Source of the DNA: an uncultured Planctomycetia bacterium
GTDB lineage: Bacteria > Omnitrophota > Gorgyraeia > Pluralincolimonadales > Pluralincolimonadaceae
NCBI GenBank assembly: GCA_964650515.1
Contig: CAZYUB010000001.1
Location: 132,640-196,639, forward strand
Direction: 5' to 3'
Length of the DNA: 64,000 bases
Each line of letters starts with the position of its first letter. The first letter of the stretch is position 1. Under the pieces are notes generated by a model. It did no database searches, had not been told where the DNA came from, and saw only the letters and a program-made list of their open reading frames with translations. The translations under genes were made by a program, and so were the position numbers. Positions 27,686 to 38,831 of the stretch are shown piece after piece.

Positions 27686-30592
27686 GTGCTCTGGCGCGTT
27701 GAAGTAAGCGGAAAGGACGGGGCGCAGGACCCCGGCATAAAGAAGGATATCGAGGACCTCGGAGTCAAGGGTGTTGATTCCGTCGAGGTAGTGCAGGTAT
27801 ATATCATCGAGGGTGATATAGGCCAGCAGGAGGTCAGGAGGATATCCTCTGAGCTGCTCGCGGACCCGGTGACCCAGCGTTATTCGTCCGGCCGCGGGCC
27901 GGCCAGCAGCAAAGGCCCCCTGGGAGGCATGGGCAGGTCCGCGAAACACGCCGTCGTCGAGGTCACGTATAACGCCGGCGTAATGGATCCCGTCGAGGAG
28001 AGCGTCAGGAAAGGCATCCTCGACCTCGGCATCAACGGCGTCGAGACGGTCAAGACCGCGAAGAAATACATCATCTCAGGGAAGGTCGCGGAGAAAGACC
28101 TGAAGACGATAAGCGAGAAACTCCTATTCAACAAGGTCATACAGCATGTCGTATCCGGGCGTGATTCATACACCTCAAAGAACCCACCGAAATATGAATT
28201 TGAACTGATAACGGTAAAGATGCTCGGCGCGTCCGGCAGGGAGCTCGAGAGGATAAGCAGGGAAGGCCAGCTCTTCCTAGACCTCGCCGAGATGCGGCGC
28301 ATACAGGAATATTTCACGCGGCTTGGGCGCAACCCGACCGACATAGAGCTCGAGACGCTCGCGCAGACATGGTCGGAACACTGCGCGCACAAGACGTTCC
28401 GCGGCATGGTCGACTACGAGGCGGGCGGGAAGAAACGCCGCATAAAGAACCTGCTGAAGGAGACCGTCATGAAGGCGACCGCGGAGCTTAAAAAGCCGTG
28501 GTGCGTATCGGTCTTCAAGGACAACTCGGGCGTCATACGTTTCGACGAAAAGAACAATATATGTTTTAAGGTGGAGACGCATAACCACCCGTCGGCTATA
28601 GAGCCGTACGGCGGGGCGAACACCGGCCTCGGCGGCGTCATACGCGACCCGCTCGGCACCGGCCTCGGCGCGAAACCCATACTGAACACCGATATCTTCT
28701 GTTTCGGCGAGCCGGATTACCCGTTCTCGCGCCTGCCGAAAGGCGCGCTGCACCCGAAGAGGGTCATGAAGGGCGTCGTCGCAGGCGTCAGGGATTACGG
28801 CAACAAGATGGGCATACCGACGGTGAACGGCGCGGTGCTCTTCGACAACAGGTATATCGGCAACCCGCTCGTTTACTGCGGTAACGTCGGGATAATGCCT
28901 AAGGATAAGTCGTTCAAGGAAGTAGAGAGCGGCGACCTGGCGGTCGTCGTCGGAGGCAGGACAGGCCGCGACGGCATACACGGCGCGACGTTCTCGTCGG
29001 GGGAACTTACCTCGGAATCGGAGCAGGTCTCCGCGCAGGCGGTGCAGATCGGCAACCCGATCGAAGAGAAGAAGATGGCCGACTGCATACTTAAGGCCCG
29101 GGACCTCGGGCTTTATGACGCGATAACCGATTGCGGCGCGGGCGGGCTCTCGAGCGCGGTCGGCGAGATGGGCGAGAAGACCGGCGCGGTGATCGACCTT
29201 TCGAAGGTCCCGATCAAATACGGCGGGCTTACCTATACCGAGATATGGATATCCGAGGCGCAGGAGAGGATGGTGCTCTCCGTCCCGAAAAATAAGGCGA
29301 AGAAACTGCTCGAGGTCTTCGAGGCGGAAGACGTAGAGGCGACGGTCATAGGCGAATTCACGAAGACGAAGAAACTCGAGTTGTTTTACGGCGACGAGAA
29401 GGTCTGCGACCTCGGCATGGATTTCCTGCACGGCGGGAACCCGAAAGAGGTCAGGAAGGCGAAATGGAAGGCGCCGAAATTCTCCGAGCCGAAGTTCGCG
29501 TGCCCGAAGGACCTCACGCCTTCGCTGCTGGGCCTGCTCTCGAACTGGGACATCTGCAGCAAGGAATGGATAATAAGGCAGTACGACCACGAAGTGCAGG
29601 CGGGCTCCGCCGTCAAGCCGCTTGTGGGCGTATGCAACGACGGCCCGTCCGACGCGGCGGTCGCGATACCCGTGCTCGGCTCAAAGAGGGGCGTCGTGAT
29701 CTCGAACGGAATCAACCCGCGCTACGGAGACATAGACCCGTACTGGATGGCGGCCTCGAATATCGACGAGGCGCTGAGGCAGATAACCGCCGTCGGCGGC
29801 GAGCTCAAGGAAGTCGCTATACTCGATAATTTCTGCTGGGGCGATACCGACCAGCCGCCGCAGCTCGGAAGTTTGGTCAGGGCTTCTTTCGGATGCTATG
29901 ACGCGGCGAAAGCGTTCGGCACGCCGTTCATCTCCGGCAAGGACAGCTTGCATAACGAATATATCGTCGGCAACAGGCGTGTCTCGATACCGGGCACGCT
30001 GCTCATCTCCGCGATAAGCGTGACCGAGGACGTCACGAAATGCGTGACCATGGATCTCAAGGAGGCGGGCAGCCTTATATATATCGTCGGCATGACGTTC
30101 GATGAGATGGGGGGCTCCCATTATTACGGCCTCAACGGAGCGACCGGAAATTCCGTGCCCACCGTCGACCTGAAACGCGCGCGGTCCGTAATGGAGAAGC
30201 TCAGCGCGGCGATAAGGTCAGGCCTTGTCAGCGCGTGCCACGACTGCTCCGAAGGCGGCATAGGCGTAGCCGCGGCTGAGATGGCCTTTGCCGGCGGCCT
30301 CGGTGCGGAGATATCGCTGAGCGACGTGCCTTTCAGGAACAGGTATTCCGCCCGCGGCGCGAAACGCAGCGACAATGTGCTCTTCTCGGAGTCGAACACG
30401 AGGTTCATAGCCGAGGTCTCGAAGGAGAATCGCGAGGCGTTCGAGAAGGCGATGAAGGGCGCCGTGACAGGAATGATAGGAAGGGTCATCAGCCACAAGG
30501 ATCTTGTAATATACGGGTTGGACGGCAAGGTCGCGGTAAGGTCGGATATAGACGAGCTAAAGGAGGCATGGCAGGGTCCGCTGAAATGGTGA
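27686..30592 (+). CDS. purL: phosphoribosylformylglycinamidine synthase, PurS-PurL fusion (two N-terminal PurS-like repeats + FGAM synthase II)
   Basis: N-terminal about 170 aa has two PurS-like modules. The rest is AIR-synthase-related PurL (HNHPS..EPYGGA, GKDS motifs). GTG start. Confidence 0.9.
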   Translation: MLWRVEVSGKDGAQDPGIKKDIEDLGVKGVDSVEVVQVYIIEGDIGQQEVRRISSELLADPVTQRYSSGRGPASSKGPLGGMGRSAKHAVVEVTYNAGVMDPVEESVRKGILDLGINGVETVKTAKKYIISGKVAEKDLKTISEKLLFNKVIQHVVSGRDSYTSKNPPKYEFELITVKMLGASGRELERISREGQLFLDLAEMRRIQEYFTRLGRNPTDIELETLAQTWSEHCAHKTFRGMVDYEAGGKKRRIKNLLKETVMKATAELKKPWCVSVFKDNSGVIRFDEKNNICFKVETHNHPSAIEPYGGANTGLGGVIRDPLGTGLGAKPILNTDIFCFGEPDYPFSRLPKGALHPKRVMKGVVAGVRDYGNKMGIPTVNGAVLFDNRYIGNPLVYCGNVGIMPKDKSFKEVESGDLAVVVGGRTGRDGIHGATFSSGELTSESEQVSAQAVQIGNPIEEKKMADCILKARDLGLYDAITDCGAGGLSSAVGEMGEKTGAVIDLSKVPIKYGGLTYTEIWISEAQERMVLSVPKNKAKKLLEVFEAEDVEATVIGEFTKTKKLELFYGDEKVCDLGMDFLHGGNPKEVRKAKWKAPKFSEPKFACPKDLTPSLLGLLSNWDICSKEWIIRQYDHEVQAGSAVKPLVGVCNDGPSDAAVAIPVLGSKRGVVISNGINPRYGDIDPYWMAASNIDEALRQITAVGGELKEVAILDNFCWGDTDQPPQLGSLVRASFGCYDAAKAFGTPFISGKDSLHNEYIVGNRRVSIPGTLLISAISVTEDVTKCVTMDLKEAGSLIYIVGMTFDEMGGSHYYGLNGATGNSVPTVDLKRARSVMEKLSAAIRSGLVSACHDCSEGGIGVAAAEMAFAGGLGAEISLSDVPFRNRYSARGAKRSDNVLFSESNTRFIAEVSKENREAFEKAMKGAVTGMIGRVISHKDLVIYGLDGKVAVRSDIDELKEAWQGPLKW

Positions 30593-31395
30593 CCGTCAAG
30601 GGCAGGCCGAAAGTACTTGTATTGCGCGCCGCAGGGACCAACTGCGACGTCGAGACCGCGTTCGCGTTCGAGCACGCCGGCGCGTCCGCGGAGCGAGTCC
30701 ATATAAACCGGCTTGTCTCCGGCGAGAAGAAGCTGCGTGATTACCATATACTCGCGGTGCCGGGCGGTTTCACCTACGGCGATGATGTCGCGTCGGGAAA
30801 GATCCTCGCGAACGAACTTAAATACAAGCTGGCCACCGACCTCGAAAAGTTTGTCAGCGCCGGCAAGCTCATAATAGGCATCTGCAACGGTTTCCAGGTC
30901 CTCGTGAAAGCGGGCCTGCTGCCGGGCAAAGGCGAGGGCGGCGAGCAGCTTGAGGCGACCCTCACGACGAATGATACAGCGAGGTATGAGGACAGGTGGG
31001 TCTACCTGCGGATGGCGAAGAGCACGAACATGGAATCGCAGAACAGGTGCGTATGGACCCGCGGCCTTGATGAGCTGATATATATCCCCGCGGCGCACGG
31101 GGAAGGCAAGTTCGTCCCGAAGGACACGATAGTGCTCGGGAAATTATGGGCCAACGGGCAGGTCGTCTTCAGGTATGTCGACCCGCATGGGAAACTTGCG
31201 GGTTTTCCGTGGAACCCGAACGGCTCGACGGATAATATCGCTGGAATATGCGACATAACGGGAAGGATATTCGGCCTGATGCCGCATCCGGAAAGGCACT
31301 TGTTCTCGACTCAGCATCCCCGCTGGACGCGCGGGGAAGCGCAGCGCGAGGGCGACGGCGTCAGGATATTCAGGAACGGGGTAAAAAGCGTCTAG
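30586..31395 (+). CDS. purQ: phosphoribosylformylglycinamidine synthase I (glutaminase subunit)
   Basis: Class I glutamine amidotransferase (GICNGFQ, HPER). ATG 30586 overlaps the purL stop. Confidence 0.9.
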   Translation: MVTVKGRPKVLVLRAAGTNCDVETAFAFEHAGASAERVHINRLVSGEKKLRDYHILAVPGGFTYGDDVASGKILANELKYKLATDLEKFVSAGKLIIGICNGFQVLVKAGLLPGKGEGGEQLEATLTTNDTARYEDRWVYLRMAKSTNMESQNRCVWTRGLDELIYIPAAHGEGKFVPKDTIVLGKLWANGQVVFRYVDPHGKLAGFPWNPNGSTDNIAGICDITGRIFGLMPHPERHLFSTQHPRWTRGEAQREGDGVRIFRNGVKSV

Positions 31396-31403
31396 AGGTA
31401 AAC

Positions 31404-32804
31404 ATGGACGGAAGGATCAAGGAATACTGCGGGCTGTTCGGAGTATACGGCCATAAGGAAGCAGCGCGGCTTGCCTATCTTGGCCTGTATGCCCTGCAGC
31501 ACCGGGGCGAGGAATCGGCCGGAATAGCGTCTTTCGACGGTGAAACGACGCATACCCATAAAGGGATGGGCCTGGTCGCCGATGTATTCAACGAAGGTGT
31601 CCTAAGCGAACTGAAAGGCAGCGTCGCGATAGGCCATGTAAGGTATTCGACCACGGGCTCCACTACGTTGAAGAACGCCCAGCCCGTAGTCGTGGATTAT
31701 TCACGCGGGACGATAGCTGTCGGGCATAACGGCAACCTTGTCAACGGCGCGAGGCTGCGCGACGAGCTCGAGGCGCGCGGGTCGATATTCCAGACGACGC
31801 TCGACTCCGAGATAATAATACACCTGATGGCAAGGCCCGAGCACAAGAACCTCGAGGAAGGGCTCGTATACACGCTGAGGCAGCTTAAGGGCGCGTTCTC
31901 ACTCGTCATAATGAAAGAGGACATGCTCGTCGGCGTGCGCGATCCGCACGGCTGGAGGCCGCTGTGCCTCGGCAAATTAGGCGACGCGTATGTGCTCGCG
32001 AGCGAGACGACCGCGCTCGATCTCATAGAGGCGGAGTTCGTACGCGAGTTGGAGCCGGGAGAGGTGCTCTATATAAGCAAGAAGGGCCTGCGCTCGACTA
32101 AACCGTTCGGCGAGAGCAAAAAAGTCGCGCACTGCATATTCGAGCATATATATTTCGCGAGGCCCGATTCGTATATATTCGGAGAGTCGGTGCACCTTGT
32201 CAGGCAAAAACTTGGGCATGTGCTCGCGAAGGAGCATCCCGTAGACGCGGACCTTATCGTTCCCGTCCCGGATTCCGGGACGCCCGCTGCGCTCGGCCTT
32301 TCGCATGAGTCGGGCATCGAGCTCGAGATGGGTATCATCCGCAACCATTACGTCGGCAGGACGTTCATCCAGCCGCTGCAGCATATCAGGGATTTCAGCG
32401 TGAAGATAAAACTGAACCCGATAAAGGCGCTGCTGAAGGGTAAGAGGGTCATCGTCGTAGACGATTCGATAGTGCGCGGCACTACGTCGAAGGCGAGGAT
32501 AAAGAAACTTTACGACGCAGGCGCGAAGGAAGTCCATATGAGGATATCGTGCCCGCCGATAAAGTTCCCTTGCTTCTACGGGATCGATTTCCCGACGAAG
32601 AAGGAGCTGATCGCGGCGACGCATACGGTAGAGGAGATACGCAAGTACCTCGGTGTCACGACCCTCGGTTACCTTTCGGTCGAGGGGTTGTTAAGCTGTG
32701 TCGCGTGCCCGAATAATTACTGCACGGCGTGCTTTACCGGCGATTACCCGGTGCCGTTCGGCGGAGAGGCAAACAAGTTCGCTACTGAGCATAAAGGATA
32801 TTAA
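31404..32804 (+). CDS. purF: amidophosphoribosyltransferase (with short N-terminal propeptide before catalytic Cys)
   Basis: MDGRIKEYCGLFGVYG resembles the B. subtilis-type propeptide. PRTase motif VVDDSIVRGTT. C-terminal Cys cluster. GAGGT RBS. Confidence 0.9.
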   Translation: MDGRIKEYCGLFGVYGHKEAARLAYLGLYALQHRGEESAGIASFDGETTHTHKGMGLVADVFNEGVLSELKGSVAIGHVRYSTTGSTTLKNAQPVVVDYSRGTIAVGHNGNLVNGARLRDELEARGSIFQTTLDSEIIIHLMARPEHKNLEEGLVYTLRQLKGAFSLVIMKEDMLVGVRDPHGWRPLCLGKLGDAYVLASETTALDLIEAEFVRELEPGEVLYISKKGLRSTKPFGESKKVAHCIFEHIYFARPDSYIFGESVHLVRQKLGHVLAKEHPVDADLIVPVPDSGTPAALGLSHESGIELEMGIIRNHYVGRTFIQPLQHIRDFSVKIKLNPIKALLKGKRVIVVDDSIVRGTTSKARIKKLYDAGAKEVHMRISCPPIKFPCFYGIDFPTKKELIAATHTVEEIRKYLGVTTLGYLSVEGLLSCVACPNNYCTACFTGDYPVPFGGEANKFATEHKGY

Positions 32805-32805
32805 A

Positions 32806-33822
32806 ATGGGGCTTACCTACAAGAAGGCCGGTGTCGATACCGTTGAAGCGGGCCGTTTCGTCGGCGCGATAACCAAGTACACGCGCAGTACGGCGCGAAA
32901 AGGCGCCAGCTGCAAATTAGGCGGGTTCGGGGGGCTCTTCGACCTGAAGGCCTCCGGATACAGGGACCCCGTGCTTGTGTCGTCCACTGACGGCGTCGGC
33001 ACGAAACTTAAGATCGCCTTCCTTGCGGGCAAGCATGACACCGTAGGCATAGATATGGTCGCGATGAACGTGAACGATGTCCTTACGACCGGCGCGGAGC
33101 CGCTCTTCTTCCTCGATTATATCGCTACGGGGAAGATTGACAAGAAAGTCCTCGCGGACGTCGTGAAAGGAATAGCGGAAGGGTGCAGGCAGGCAGGTTG
33201 CGCTCTTGTAGGCGGCGAGACCGCGGAGATGCCGTCATTCTATAAGCCGGGAGAATATGACCTCGCGGGTTTCTGCGTCGGGGCGGTCGAGAGGAAGGGT
33301 ATAGTCGACAGCTCTAAAATGGAAGAAGGAGATATCGCCGTCGGGCTGGCCTCGAGCGGCCCGCATTCAAACGGCTATTCGCTCATCAGGAAGGTATTTT
33401 CAACTGCCGAGCAGAAGAAGCTCGCGAAAGAGCTGCTCGCGCCGACTAGAATATACGTGAAGCCCGTCCTCGAGCTCAAGAAGGTTGCGCGGGTCAAGGG
33501 CATCGCCCATATAACCGGCGGGGCGTTCTTCGAGAAATTGCCGCGCATCGTCCCGGACGGGAAGACGCTCGTCATAGAGAAGGGCTCGTGGGCTGTCCCT
33601 GAGATATTCAGGAAGATACAGGAGAAGGGCCGCATCGAGGAGGCCGAGATGTTCCGCACCTTCAACATGGGCCTCGGCATGGTCGTTGTAATGCCGCCGC
33701 AGGATTTTTGTAAGGCGAAGAGGATCCTCGCTTTACAGGGCATAGATTCGTGGATAGTCGGATCGGTCAATAAGGGAAGCAAGTCCGGCAAAGCCAGAGT
33801 AAGGATAATATGCGGGTTCTAG
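32806..33822 (+). CDS. purM: phosphoribosylformylglycinamidine cyclo-ligase (AIR synthetase)
   Basis: PurM family (DGVGTKL). Confidence 0.9.
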   Translation: MGLTYKKAGVDTVEAGRFVGAITKYTRSTARKGASCKLGGFGGLFDLKASGYRDPVLVSSTDGVGTKLKIAFLAGKHDTVGIDMVAMNVNDVLTTGAEPLFFLDYIATGKIDKKVLADVVKGIAEGCRQAGCALVGGETAEMPSFYKPGEYDLAGFCVGAVERKGIVDSSKMEEGDIAVGLASSGPHSNGYSLIRKVFSTAEQKKLAKELLAPTRIYVKPVLELKKVARVKGIAHITGGAFFEKLPRIVPDGKTLVIEKGSWAVPEIFRKIQEKGRIEEAEMFRTFNMGLGMVVVMPPQDFCKAKRILALQGIDSWIVGSVNKGSKSGKARVRIICGF

Positions 33823-35081
33823 TAATCGGTTCGGGCGGCAGGGAGCACGCGCTCGCCTGGAAGATAAAACATTCGACGCTCGTCGATAAGGTCTATTGCG
33901 CGCCGGGCAACGGCGGCATCTCGTCGATAGCCGAGTGCGTAGACATCAAGCCGGACGATATCACGGGCCTTATCGGGTTCGCGACGAGGAACAAGATAGA
34001 CCTCACCGTCGTCGGGCCGGAGGCGCCGCTCGCGCTCGGGATAGTCGACAGGTTCTGCGTGAACGGGCTCAGGGTATTCGGCCCGTCGAAGGAAGCCGCG
34101 AAAATAGAGGCAAGCAAGGCCTTCATGAAACAGCTCATGAAGAAATACAACATACCTACCGCGGATTTCGAGGTGTTCGAGGACAGCGCCCGCGCAAAGA
34201 AATATATCGGCGGGCTTAAAGGAAGTTTCGTGGTCAAGGCGGACGGGCTCGCGGCCGGCAAGGGAGTGGTCGTATGCTCGTCGAAAGAACAGGGAATATC
34301 CGCCGTGGAATCGATGATGGAACGGCGTGATTTCAGGAACGCGGGGAACAGGATAATAATCGAGGAATGCCTTGAGGGCGAGGAGGTCTCGATACTCGTG
34401 ATCACCGACGGGAAGGATTGCGTCCCGCTCGCGTCGGCGCAGGACCACAAGAGGATATTCGATGGGGACAACGGCCCCAATACGGGCGGCATGGGCGCTT
34501 ACTCGCCGGCGCCGGTGGCGACGCCGGGGCTTACCGATTCCGTGATGAAGGATATAATCAGGCCGACGATCGCCGCGATGGGCAGGGAGAATGCACGCTA
34601 TACGGGCGTGTTATACGCCGGCATAATGGTGACGGACGCGGGCCCCAAGGTCCTCGAGTTCAATTGCAGGTTCGGGGACCCGGAGACGCAGGCGATACTC
34701 CCTCGGCTAAAAAGCGACCTCGTCGAACTTATAGAAGCGTCTATAGACGACGAGATAGACATGGCCAAACCGGACTGGGACGAGAGGCCGTGCGTATCGG
34801 TCGTGCTCTCGTCGGGAGGATACCCCGGAGAATACGAGACCGGCTTTGAGATAGAAGGCCTCGACGCGCTCGATAAGGCGAGGGACGTCTACGTCTTCCA
34901 TGCCGGCACGAAATCTGCCGACGGCAAGACCGTCACGGCGGGCGGGCGCGTGCTGAACGTCACCGCTCTCGGTTCGGATATCAGGGACGCGATCGACAGG
35001 TGTTATAACGCGGTCAACCTCATCGAGTTCGAGGGCATGCATTTCAGAAGGGATATAGGGCACAGGGCGCTGAAGAGGTGA
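33810..35081 (+). CDS. purD: phosphoribosylamine--glycine ligase
   Basis: ATP-grasp GARS (MRVLVIGSGGREHALAW). Confidence 0.95.
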   Translation: MRVLVIGSGGREHALAWKIKHSTLVDKVYCAPGNGGISSIAECVDIKPDDITGLIGFATRNKIDLTVVGPEAPLALGIVDRFCVNGLRVFGPSKEAAKIEASKAFMKQLMKKYNIPTADFEVFEDSARAKKYIGGLKGSFVVKADGLAAGKGVVVCSSKEQGISAVESMMERRDFRNAGNRIIIEECLEGEEVSILVITDGKDCVPLASAQDHKRIFDGDNGPNTGGMGAYSPAPVATPGLTDSVMKDIIRPTIAAMGRENARYTGVLYAGIMVTDAGPKVLEFNCRFGDPETQAILPRLKSDLVELIEASIDDEIDMAKPDWDERPCVSVVLSSGGYPGEYETGFEIEGLDALDKARDVYVFHAGTKSADGKTVTAGGRVLNVTALGSDIRDAIDRCYNAVNLIEFEGMHFRRDIGHRALKR

Positions 35082-35097
35082 ACATAAGGAGTCTCGC

Positions 35098-35592
35098 ATG
35101 GCAAAACCAAAAATAGCTGTGATACTGGGATCGGATTCCGACCTGTCAACGATGGAAGAGGGGCTGAAGGTCCTCAAGGATTTCAAGGTCCCGTTCGATC
35201 TCAAAATAATGTCCGCGCACAGGAGCCCCGCTCTTGTGCACGCGTTCGCGAAGGCCGCTGAGAAGGAAGGCATACATGTCATCATTGCCGCCGCGGGCGG
35301 AGCGGCGCACCTCGCCGGCGTAATAGCTTCGATGACTCGCCTGCCGGTCATCGGCGTGCCGATGGAGACGAGCAGCCTCAACGGGATGGATTCTCTATTC
35401 TCGACGGTGCAGATGCCTTACGGCGTGCCGGTAGCGACGATGGCGATAGGCAAATCGGGCGCACGCAACGCGTCAATATTCGCGCTGCAGATACTCGCGC
35501 TCGAGGACAAGAAGGTCGCCGGCGAACTTAACGCCTTCAAGAAACGGCTTGAGGCAGACGTGATAGCGAAGAACAAAAAATTAAGCTTATGA
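35098..35592 (+). CDS. purE: N5-carboxyaminoimidazole ribonucleotide mutase
   Basis: PurE family (GSDSD, AHRSP, AGGAAHL). Confidence 0.9.
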   Translation: MAKPKIAVILGSDSDLSTMEEGLKVLKDFKVPFDLKIMSAHRSPALVHAFAKAAEKEGIHVIIAAAGGAAHLAGVIASMTRLPVIGVPMETSSLNGMDSLFSTVQMPYGVPVATMAIGKSGARNASIFALQILALEDKKVAGELNAFKKRLEADVIAKNKKLSL

Positions 35593-36197
35593 CGATAGTA
35601 GTGCGCATCGACGCCTCGCGGCCGGATGCGGCAAAGATAAAGGAAGCGGCTTCGGTACTCAGGAACGGCGGGCTTGTGGGTTTCCCGACCGAGACGGTTT
35701 ACGGCCTCGGCGCGAACCTTCTTGACGCCCGGGCGATCAGGAGGCTTTACAAGATAAAGAACCGCCCGCTGAATAAACCGCTTACCGTGCATATCGCGGG
35801 CCTGGCGGACGTGAAGAAGATGGCCGGCCGCATACCGCTGAAAGCGGCAAGATTGATGAAGAAGTACTGGCCCGGCCCGCTGACGCTCGTATTGAAGGAC
35901 AGGCGCGGCAGGAAGACCGGGTTCAGGGTGCCCGATAACAGGATAGCGTTGAGGCTAATCAGGGCGGCTGGCGTACCCGTAGTCGCGCCGAGCGCCAACA
36001 TATCAGGCAACAGGCCGCCGGTGAGCGCGAAAGAGGTCCTGCGGGACCTCGACGGCATGATAGAGGTCGTCATAGACGGCGGCAGGACAAAGATAGGGAA
36101 AGAATCGACGGTAGTTGATATGTCGGGCAGGAAGCCGGTGATATTGCGCGAGGGCGCGATCCCGGGGCCCAAAATATGCGAGGTCGCCGATGGTTAA
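35589..36197 (+). CDS. tsaC: L-threonylcarbamoyladenylate synthase (YrdC/Sua5/TsaC family)
   Basis: GFPTETVYGLGAN. APSAN.SG motif. Confidence 0.9.
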   Translation: MTIVVRIDASRPDAAKIKEAASVLRNGGLVGFPTETVYGLGANLLDARAIRRLYKIKNRPLNKPLTVHIAGLADVKKMAGRIPLKAARLMKKYWPGPLTLVLKDRRGRKTGFRVPDNRIALRLIRAAGVPVVAPSANISGNRPPVSAKEVLRDLDGMIEVVIDGGRTKIGKESTVVDMSGRKPVILREGAIPGPKICEVADG

Positions 36198-36663
36198 ATC
36201 CGTCCTTATGGTATGCACGGGCAACTCATGCCGCAGCGTAATGGCCGAAGGCCTACTGAAGAAATGGCTGAAAGAGCATAAGTGCGCGGAAGTCAGGGTC
36301 GCTTCTGCCGGCATCGCGACGATACCGGGCATGATGGCCAGTTCAAACGCCGTAGAGGTCATGAAGAGGGAGCATATCGACGTGTCGGGCCACCGGGCCC
36401 AGGTGGTATCGGGGCAGCTTATAAGAGAATATGACCTCATACTTTGCATGGAACCGGTGCACTCGCAGGCGATAAAAGAACTCCTGCCGGAGGCCTCGGA
36501 GAAGACACACCTGCTAGTCGAATACGCTTATGACGGGGACGCAGAAAAACCGAAGAACCTGTGGGTCACGGACCCGATAGGCAAGCCGAAGGAAGTGTAT
36601 GAATCGGTCCTTATGACTTTAAAGGACGCTATAGAAAGGGTGGGAAAGAAGATATGCGTATAG
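36190..36663 (+). CDS. low-molecular-weight protein-tyrosine phosphatase (YwlE-like)
   Basis: P-loop CTGNSCRS, and a DP motif. Confidence 0.9.
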   Translation: MVKSVLMVCTGNSCRSVMAEGLLKKWLKEHKCAEVRVASAGIATIPGMMASSNAVEVMKREHIDVSGHRAQVVSGQLIREYDLILCMEPVHSQAIKELLPEASEKTHLLVEYAYDGDAEKPKNLWVTDPIGKPKEVYESVLMTLKDAIERVGKKICV

Positions 36664-37094
36664 CTATAGGCGCCGACCACGGCGGTTTCGACCTGAAGGC
36701 GAAGATCATAAAGTACCTCAAGTCCAAAGGCCACGAGGTAAAAGATTTCGGGTGTTTTTCGGCCGAGTCCTGCGATTACCCGAAGTTCGGGTACGCCGTA
36801 GCGGACGCGGTAAGCAAGAAGAGATTCCCGAGAGGCGTGCTGATATGCAAGAGCGGGATAGGCATGTCGATAGTCGCGAACAAAGCGCGCGGTGTCCGCG
36901 CGGCGCTCGTTTCCGATATCGAAGGCGCGCGCTCTTCGCGCGAACATAACGACTCGAATGTCATCGTATTCAGCGCGAGGGCGACGAATATTTTCAAGGC
37001 GAAGAAGATGCTCGACGCCTGGTTCTCGACGAGGAGGGCGGGGGGAAGGCATTTGAGGAGAGTAAAGCAGATATCAGACCTGGAGGCGTTTTGA
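36654..37094 (+). CDS. rpiB: ribose-5-phosphate isomerase B
   Basis: RpiB/LacA/LacB family ([16 protein letters not shown]). Confidence 0.9.
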   Translation: MRIAIGADHGGFDLKAKIIKYLKSKGHEVKDFGCFSAESCDYPKFGYAVADAVSKKRFPRGVLICKSGIGMSIVANKARGVRAALVSDIEGARSSREHNDSNVIVFSARATNIFKAKKMLDAWFSTRRAGGRHLRRVKQISDLEAF

Positions 37095-38347
37095 TGGACC
37101 ATCTCAAGAAGGCGGACCCGGAAACATACGAAGCGATAATCAACGAGACGAAGCGCGAGGAGGGCAACATAGAGCTTATCGCGAGCGAGAACTTCGTAAG
37201 CCGCGCTGTCCTCGAGGCGCAGGGCTCGGTGCTCACGAATAAATATGCGGAGGGCTATCCGTCCGCGCGCTGGTACGGCGGATGCGAGCATGTCGATGCC
37301 GCCGAGAAACTCGCGATTGACCGGGCGAAGGAGGTCTTCAAGGCGGAACACGCGAACGTCCAGCCGCACTGCGGCTCGTCGGCGAACATGGCCGTCTATT
37401 TTGCGGCTCTTAACATGGGCGATACCGTGATGGCGCTCGACCTCGCCTGCGGAGGCCACCTGACGCACGGGCACAAGGCGAACTTCTCCGGGAAATATTT
37501 CAATATAGTGCCTTACATGGTCGATCGCAAGACGGAGATGCTCGACTATGACGGGATAGAGAGGATAGCTGCCGAGTGCAAACCGAAGATGATACTCGCG
37601 GGAGCGTCGAACTACCCTCGCGCGATAGATTTTAAGAAATTCCGCGAGATATGCGACAGGGTCGGCGCGTACCTCATGGTTGACATGGCGCATTTCGCCG
37701 GCCTCGTGGCCGCGGGGCTGCATCCGGACCCGGTCCCTTACGCGGAATTCGTCACGACGACGACGCACAAGACGCTGCGCGGGCCGCGCGGCGGCATGAT
37801 ACTCTGCAGGAAGGAGTTCGCGAAGAAGATAGATTCGATGGTCTTCCCTGGTATACAGGGCGGGCCGCTGATGCACGTCATAGCGGCTAAGGCTGTCGCG
37901 TTCAAGGAAGCGCTCGAGCCGGAGTTCAAGGTTTACCAGGGGCAGATACTCAAGAACGCGCGCGCTCTCGCGGCATCCTTCCAGGAGAAGGGCTACAGGA
38001 TAGTGTCGGGAGGCACCGATAACCACCTCTTCTCGATAGATTTGAATAGCAAGGGCCTCAACGGCAAGGACGCGCAGGAGGCGCTCGACAGGGCGAGGAT
38101 AACCGTCAACAAGAACACTATCCCCTACGACCCGAACCCTCCGATGAAACCGAGCGGGATAAGGATAGGCGTCCCTGCGGTGACTACCCGCGGGATGAAA
38201 GAGAAAGATATGGAGGAGATCGCGTCGCTGGTGGACGAGGTCTTGAGCAATATAACGGACGCGCGGGCCGCGAACCGGGTCAGCGAAAAGGTCGGCTTGC
38301 TCGTAAAGAGGTTCCCGCTTTACGCCGACCTGCTGAAGGGGGCATGA
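37091..38347 (+). CDS. glyA: serine hydroxymethyltransferase
   Basis: SHMT ([17 protein letters not shown] site). Confidence 0.95.
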   Translation: MMDHLKKADPETYEAIINETKREEGNIELIASENFVSRAVLEAQGSVLTNKYAEGYPSARWYGGCEHVDAAEKLAIDRAKEVFKAEHANVQPHCGSSANMAVYFAALNMGDTVMALDLACGGHLTHGHKANFSGKYFNIVPYMVDRKTEMLDYDGIERIAAECKPKMILAGASNYPRAIDFKKFREICDRVGAYLMVDMAHFAGLVAAGLHPDPVPYAEFVTTTTHKTLRGPRGGMILCRKEFAKKIDSMVFPGIQGGPLMHVIAAKAVAFKEALEPEFKVYQGQILKNARALAASFQEKGYRIVSGGTDNHLFSIDLNSKGLNGKDAQEALDRARITVNKNTIPYDPNPPMKPSGIRIGVPAVTTRGMKEKDMEEIASLVDEVLSNITDARAANRVSEKVGLLVKRFPLYADLLKGA

Positions 38348-38348
38348 T

Positions 38349-38831
38349 ATGGTAAAAAGACCGTCCTCGAAGAAGAAGCGCCCTGAATGGGACGAGTACT
38401 TCATGAGGATCGCGGAACTCATATCCGAACGCTCGACCTGCCTCAGGAGGTCCGTCGGCGCACTGATTGTCAAGAACCGCAGGATACTTACTACGGGTTA
38501 TAACGGAACGCCGAGCGGCATCGCCCATTGCGAGGAGACGGGCTGCCTCCGCGATAAACTGAAGGTCCCCTCGGGCGAGCGGCATGAGCTCTGCAGGGGG
38601 CTCCACGCGGAGCAGAACGCGATAATACAGGCGGCGCTTTACGGCGTCGATATACATGGCAGCACGCTATACTGCACAAACCAGCCGTGTTCAATATGCG
38701 CGAAGATGCTCATCAACGCCGGCATAAAGGAGATCGTAATCGGCTCGGGATATCCCGACGAGATGGCGAGGAAATTCTTCGAGGAGGCTGGCATAACCGT
38801 AAGGACCGAACCGGTGAAGAGGAAGAGATGA
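38349..38831 (+). CDS. dCMP deaminase (ComEB-like cytidine/deoxycytidylate deaminase)
   Basis: HAEQNAI and PCSICAK zinc-binding motifs. Confidence 0.9.
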   Translation: MVKRPSSKKKRPEWDEYFMRIAELISERSTCLRRSVGALIVKNRRILTTGYNGTPSGIAHCEETGCLRDKLKVPSGERHELCRGLHAEQNAIIQAALYGVDIHGSTLYCTNQPCSICAKMLINAGIKEIVIGSGYPDEMARKFFEEAGITVRTEPVKRKR